Shown: positions 60,508 to 64,000 of the stretch, in pieces
Layout: each line of letters opens with the position of its first letter
Position numbering within the stretch: the first letter of the stretch is position 1
Assembly: GCA_050749465.1 (NCBI GenBank)
Contig: JBOGRO010000017.1
Location: forward strand, 1,191 to 65,190
Direction: 5' to 3'
DNA: 64,000 bases
Origin: Thermoplasmata archaeon
GTDB lineage: Archaea > Thermoplasmatota > Thermoplasmata > Lutacidiplasmatales > UBA184
Translations under genes and position numbers: made by a program
Notes under the pieces: generated by a model
What the model was told of the DNA's origin: nothing
Database searches by the model: none
Seen by the model: only the letters and a program-made list of their open reading frames with translations

Positions 60508-61326
60508 ATGACGATGGGACCGGACCAGGTCCGGATCTACGAGATCAAGCGCGTCGACGTCGAGGGCGCGATCGTCATCGACGGCTTTCCGTCGGTCGGC
60601 CTCGTGAGCTCGATCGTCGCGAACTACCTCATCGACACGCTCGAGATGGAGCAGATCGGCATCGTGGAGTCGCCCGCTTTCCCAACCGTCTCGCTCATCC
60701 GCAACGGTGACCCGCAGCACCCGGTCCGCATCTATGCCGGGCGGCCGCCGGCCGACCGGGCCGGGCGCGGCGCCGACAAGATCGTCGCGTTCGTCTCGGA
60801 ATTCCACCCGGCGCCGACGGTGATCCACCCGCTCGCGACCGCGATCATCGACTGGGTGCAGGAGCAGCGGTGCTCGCTCCTCGTCTCGCCGGAGGGTCTC
60901 GTCGTGGAGGCCGCGCCGCCCCACGGTGGGAAGGCGCCCCGCGCCCCGCGGCTGCCCGACGTGAAGGTCTACGGCGTCGCGAGCACGCGGAAGGCGCGCG
61001 AGTTGTACATCGAGCCGAACATGACGCCGTTCGCCGAGGGCGTGATCACGGGGATCGCGGGCGTCCTCCTCAATGAGGGGCACCGCCGCGGCTTCGACGT
61101 CCTGACGTTCCTCGCCGAGGCGCAGTCGGACTACCCCGACGCGCGGGCGGCCGCGAAGGTGATCGAAACGATCAACCAGATCCTGCTGCGGACGCCGCTC
61201 GACCCGGTCCCGCTCTACGCCGAGGCGGAGCGGATCGAGCAGCAGCTGCTCTCGATCCAGCGGCACGCCGCCGAGCGCGGCCGGGCCGAGGTGCCGACGC
61301 AGGGCTCGCCGCCGATGTACCGGTGA
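60508..61326 (+). CDS. PAC2-family proteasome assembly chaperone (PbaA/PbaB-like)
   Basis: The ATG at 60508 comes 2 nt after the upstream stop. The sequence reads AIVIDGFPSVGLVSSIVANYLI...VYGVAST...GVITGIAGVLLNEG...TFLAEAQSDYPDARAAAKVIE. Confidence 0.82.
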   Translation: MTMGPDQVRIYEIKRVDVEGAIVIDGFPSVGLVSSIVANYLIDTLEMEQIGIVESPAFPTVSLIRNGDPQHPVRIYAGRPPADRAGRGADKIVAFVSEFHPAPTVIHPLATAIIDWVQEQRCSLLVSPEGLVVEAAPPHGGKAPRAPRLPDVKVYGVASTRKARELYIEPNMTPFAEGVITGIAGVLLNEGHRRGFDVLTFLAEAQSDYPDARAAAKVIETINQILLRTPLDPVPLYAEAERIEQQLLSIQRHAAERGRAEVPTQGSPPMYR

Positions 61327-62548
61327 GGGGCCGGTCCGGGATCCGCGCGAGGAGCTCCTGGATCCCGCGGACCAGCGCGTCCGCGTCCCGCCGGTCGTTG
61401 TAGAGGTAGAACGACGCCCGGACGTTCCCCGGGAGGCCGCGCCGCTCGTAAAAGGAGTGGACGCAGTGCATCCCCGAGCGGACCATGACATCGTACCCCT
61501 CGTCCAGAAAGAGCGCGGCATCGTGCGGGTCGATCCCGTCCAGCACGAACGCGAAGATGCTCGGCCGTTCCCGGGGGTCGCTCGGGCCGAGGAGGTGCAC
61601 CCGCGGTTCGCCCGCGAACGCTCGGGAGACGCGGTCGTTGAGGGCGCGCTGGCGGCCTTCGATCTCGTCGAGCCCGACGCGGTCAAGGTAATCGACGGCG
61701 GCGTGCGCGCCGAGGACCCCCGCGTAGTTCTGGAGCCCGGCCTCGAACCGGTGGGGCGGCGGCCGCAGCTCGTAGCCCGTGAGGCTGCTCCGCTCGACCG
61801 TCTCGCCACCGAGGAGGAGCGGTCGCAGAGGATCGAGCGCGCCGGGGGCCGCGGCAAGCACCCCGACCCCGGTCGGTCCGAGCATCTTGTGGGCGGAGAC
61901 GGCGTAGTAGTCGACGCCGAGTCGCTCGAGGTCGACGCGGAGGTGGGGCGCCGCTTGGCAGCCGTCGAAGAGCACGGTCGCCCCTCGGTCGTGGGCGCGT
62001 TCGGTGATCTCGCGGACGGGCAACGAGCGCCCGTCGAGGTTCGACGTGTGGAAGAGGCTCACGACGCGGACCCCGCGGGCGAGCGCGGTCTCGAGCGCGT
62101 CGCCGTCGAAGGTGCCGTCGTCGGTGAGCGCGAGGGTCTCGAGGCGGATCCCCCGCTCGGCGGCGAGGCGGTGCCAGACGATGAGGTTCGAATTGTGCTC
62201 GCGGTCGGAGACGAGGACCCGGTCGCCGGGCGCGTAGGAGAGCCCCTGCGCGACGAGGTTGATCGCTTCGGTCGAGTTCCGCAGGAAGACGATCCCGCTC
62301 GGGTCGGAGCGCCCGAAGAACCGGGCGAAGCGGGCGCGCGCCGCCTCATACCGGCGGCCGACCTCTTCGGCGAACCGATGCAGACTGCGGCCGGCGCACC
62401 CGGGATAGTCCCGGTAGTACTCTTCCATCGCGGCAAGGACCGGAGTGGGGACGAGCGACATGCAGGCGGAGTCGAGGTAGACCGGAGCCGGCCGTCCCGG
62501 TCGGTCCGCGAGCGCCGGGAAGTCGCGTCGGGCGTCGCCGACCCTCAT
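61172..62548 (-). CDS. Cysteine desulfurase (class V aminotransferase, SufS/NifS-like) with a long low-complexity read-through tail
   Basis: The ATG at 62548 is in an ATGA overlap with the M20 gene. The PLP-Lys motif is AVSAHKMLGPTG and the catalytic Cys motif is RSGMHCVHS. The last 50 or so codons are Ala/Arg/Pro-rich with low GC3 and run antisense to the PAC2 3' end. Confidence 0.85.
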   Translation of the reverse strand: MRVGDARRDFPALADRPGRPAPVYLDSACMSLVPTPVLAAMEEYYRDYPGCAGRSLHRFAEEVGRRYEAARARFARFFGRSDPSGIVFLRNSTEAINLVAQGLSYAPGDRVLVSDREHNSNLIVWHRLAAERGIRLETLALTDDGTFDGDALETALARGVRVVSLFHTSNLDGRSLPVREITERAHDRGATVLFDGCQAAPHLRVDLERLGVDYYAVSAHKMLGPTGVGVLAAAPGALDPLRPLLLGGETVERSSLTGYELRPPPHRFEAGLQNYAGVLGAHAAVDYLDRVGLDEIEGRQRALNDRVSRAFAGEPRVHLLGPSDPRERPSIFAFVLDGIDPHDAALFLDEGYDVMVRSGMHCVHSFYERRGLPGNVRASFYLYNDRRDADALVRGIQELLARIPDRPLTGTSAASPASAPRPGRARRRAAGSRAAAARSAPPRRRAGPGRAASAAGSG

Positions 62549-63741
62549 GGGGGGCTCCGCTGGAGCGCGTCCGCCGCCGCCGCGAGAGCCGCCGCCCCGA
62601 TCACGAGGGCCCGCTCGTCCGGCGCGAACGTCGCACTGTGAAGGCTCGCCGGCCGGTTCGGCTCCCCGACGCCGAGGTGGAGGAACGTTCCGGGGACCCT
62701 CTCGAGGTACCGAGCGAAATCTTCCGCGCCCATCACCGGCTCGGCGACCTGCGTGCAGTGCGCGGTCCCGAACTCGGCCTTCAGCGCGTCCGCGACCACG
62801 CGCGTCGGCCCCGGAGCGTTCACGAGGGTCGGGTACCCGTGCTGATACTCGATGCGGACCCGCGCGCCGAGGCTCGCCGCGAGGGCCTTCACGCGTCGGT
62901 GAAAGACTCGGTCGATCAGCTCCCGCGTCGGCGCGCGGAACGTCCGAACCGTGCCTTCGAGGACGACCTCGGCGGGGAGGATGTTGTTGCGCGTGCCGCC
63001 GTGGATCGAGCCGACGCTGATGACGACGGGGTCGAGCGGGTCTCGGACCCGGCTCACGAGCGCCTGAAGGCCGTTCACGATCTCGCTCGCGACCACGATC
63101 GCGTCCGGCCCCTGGTGGGGCGACGCCGCGTGCCCCCCACGGCCCCGGACGGTGATGCGGAAGAAGTCGGCCGCCGCCATGAAGACCCCGGCTTTCCAGC
63201 CGACGTTCCCGAGTGGGAGGTTCGGCTCGACGTGCTGGCCGACCACGAAGTCGACCTTCGGGTGCTCGAGGCAGCCGTGCTCGATCATCGGCAGCGCCCC
63301 GCCGCGGAGTCCCTCCTCCTCGGCCGGCTGGAAGATCAGGGTCACCGGCCCCCCGGGTCGACGACCGCCCCGCGTCATGATCGCGGCGGCACCGAGCAGA
63401 CACGCCATGTGGACGTCGTGCCCGCACGCGTGCATGCAGCCGGAGAAGCGGGACTGGAACGGCAAGCGCGTCGCCTCCTCCACCGGCAGCGCGTCCATGT
63501 CCGCGCGCAGCGCGACCACCGGCCGGTCGTCCCCGCCGGGGATCCGGCCCACGACGCCCGTGAACCCATCGAATGTCTGCGTCGGGATACCCAGCTCCGC
63601 GAGGGCAGCGACGACCTTGTCGCGGGTCCGTTTCTCCTTGAGCGAGAGCTCCGGCTCTTGATGGAAGGCGACGCGCCACGCCCGCATCGCGGGCAGCGCG
63701 CGTCGGGCGGCCGGGGTCCACGCGTCGGCCAGCCGCGTCAT
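62545..63741 (-). CDS. M20D-family amidohydrolase (N-acyl-amino-acid amidohydrolase / hippuricase-like)
   Basis: The sequence reads FHQEPELSLKE...RADMDALP...HACGHDVH...QPAEEEG...HGGTRNNILP... Confidence 0.88.
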   Translation of the reverse strand: MTRLADAWTPAARRALPAMRAWRVAFHQEPELSLKEKRTRDKVVAALAELGIPTQTFDGFTGVVGRIPGGDDRPVVALRADMDALPVEEATRLPFQSRFSGCMHACGHDVHMACLLGAAAIMTRGGRRPGGPVTLIFQPAEEEGLRGGALPMIEHGCLEHPKVDFVVGQHVEPNLPLGNVGWKAGVFMAAADFFRITVRGRGGHAASPHQGPDAIVVASEIVNGLQALVSRVRDPLDPVVISVGSIHGGTRNNILPAEVVLEGTVRTFRAPTRELIDRVFHRRVKALAASLGARVRIEYQHGYPTLVNAPGPTRVVADALKAEFGTAHCTQVAEPVMGAEDFARYLERVPGTFLHLGVGEPNRPASLHSATFAPDERALVIGAAALAAAADALQRSPP

Positions 63742-63799
63742 CGGCCGTCCAGCCGGCCGCGCAATATAATGGCCCCGATAGGCGACGGGCGCGAGCGGT

Positions 63800-64000
63800 T
63801 CATCGAGACGAGGACCGGCGCTCGAGCAGGGCGTCCAGGTCGCGCCGGGGCCGGAACGCCGCGAACTCGGGGGCCGCGGGGCCCGACGGGCGGGTAAGAG
63901 GGAAGCGATTGAACCAGACCGCGGGGATCCTCGCGGCCCGCGCGCCGACGAGGTCGCTCGCCCAGGAATCCCCGACCATCACCGCGTCGTTGGGGGCCAC
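63800..64000 (-). CDS. HAD-superfamily hydrolase. Partial: the N-terminus lies beyond the right edge.
   Basis: The C-terminal HAD motif IV reads VMVGDSWASDLVGARAA. The ORF is open at the window edge. Confidence 0.7.
   Translation of the reverse strand: MAPNDAVMVGDSWASDLVGARAARIPAVWFNRFPLTRPSGPAAPEFAAFRPRRDLDALLERRSSSR

Noticed and set aside
61172-63721. A single 849-aa ORF spanning 61172..63721. Similarly, the 598-aa ORF 20962..22758, the 588-aa ORF 22487..24253 and the 445-aa ORF 48540..49877.
   Set aside because: Only the 3' portion of each matches a protein family (cysteine desulfurase, DUF4129-like, AhpD-like and uL3 respectively). The 5' portions overlap other well-supported genes in different frames and look like junk. 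Internal starts with ATGA/GTGA coupling or TATA-box spacing fit better.
1-64000. CRISPR arrays, rRNA genes, toxin-antitoxin pairs or recognisable defence systems.
   Set aside because: I saw no regularly spaced direct repeats, no rRNA-like conserved stretches and no nuclease/ATPase gene pairs typical of defence islands. The only repeat families noted are the GAGAAA motif cluster, the IS terminal repeats and a few palindromes.

Overview
This is a very GC-rich archaeal chromosome segment. The archaeal assignment rests on archaea/eukaryote-type r-proteins L19e, L32e and S4e, RNase P subunit Rpp29 inside the r-protein operon, Cbf5, a DUF106 insertase, and AT-rich TATA-like boxes about 25 nt upstream of many start codons, which implies leaderless mRNAs. 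Because of the GC content, nearly every real gene is shadowed by long Arg/Pro/Gly-rich antisense or out-of-frame ORFs, so I chose genes by recognisable protein families, third-position GC and operon logic.

Layout:
(1) 1-7.7 kb: a Mo-hydroxylase / aerobic CO-dehydrogenase-family cluster, coxM-coxS-coxL (coxL cut by the window edge), plus the maturation genes xdhC/coxI, moaA, coxD (MoxR AAA+) and coxE (VWA).
(2) 7.7-30 kb: mixed accessory genes.
- Enzymes and regulators: nitrilase-superfamily hydrolase, DEAD-box helicase, MarR, HAD, AhpD-like, TetR+SDR, Lrp-like, Bcp.
- Membrane and surface proteins: interrupted MFS pump, a roughly 1000-aa Kelch/CarboxypepD_reg surface protein, RCK K+-channel homolog, SHOCT and DUF457 membrane proteins.
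- A 5-gene DUF4129-like/MoxR/DUF58 operon and a dead IS5-like element.
(3) 30.2-49.5 kb, all on the minus strand: MMPL exporter, cbf5, cmk, DUF106, secY, and a contiguous 23-gene block from rpl3 to rpl15 (22 r-proteins plus rnp1).
(4) 49.6-64 kb: threonine dehydratase, DUF2203, DUF99, tRNA-Arg(UCU), a GT4 glycosyltransferase, a mevalonate-entry operon (XRE regulator, HMG-CoA synthase, thiolase-like, DUF35, DUF835), PAC2 proteasome chaperone, cysteine desulfurase, M20 amidohydrolase, and a partial HAD gene.

Most interesting observations:
- The thiolase in the mevalonate operon has lost all three catalytic residues, while HMG-CoA synthase and DUF35 look intact.
- The tRNA-Arg carries a roughly 32-nt insertion (putative non-canonical intron) in the T-loop.
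- A DUF835 gene is translationally coupled to the mevalonate operon.
- A K+-channel homolog has a degenerate TNGAN selectivity filter.
- SecY has an extra N-terminal two-helix extension with its own TATA box.
- uS5 has a C-terminal RGG tail.
- A GAGAAA motif occurs four times around the r-protein operon promoter.
- There is a notable density of gene lesions: in-frame TGA, in-frame TAG, a homopolymer frameshift, an internal deletion, and lost stop and start codons.

I found no CRISPR array, rRNA gene or recognisable defence system.
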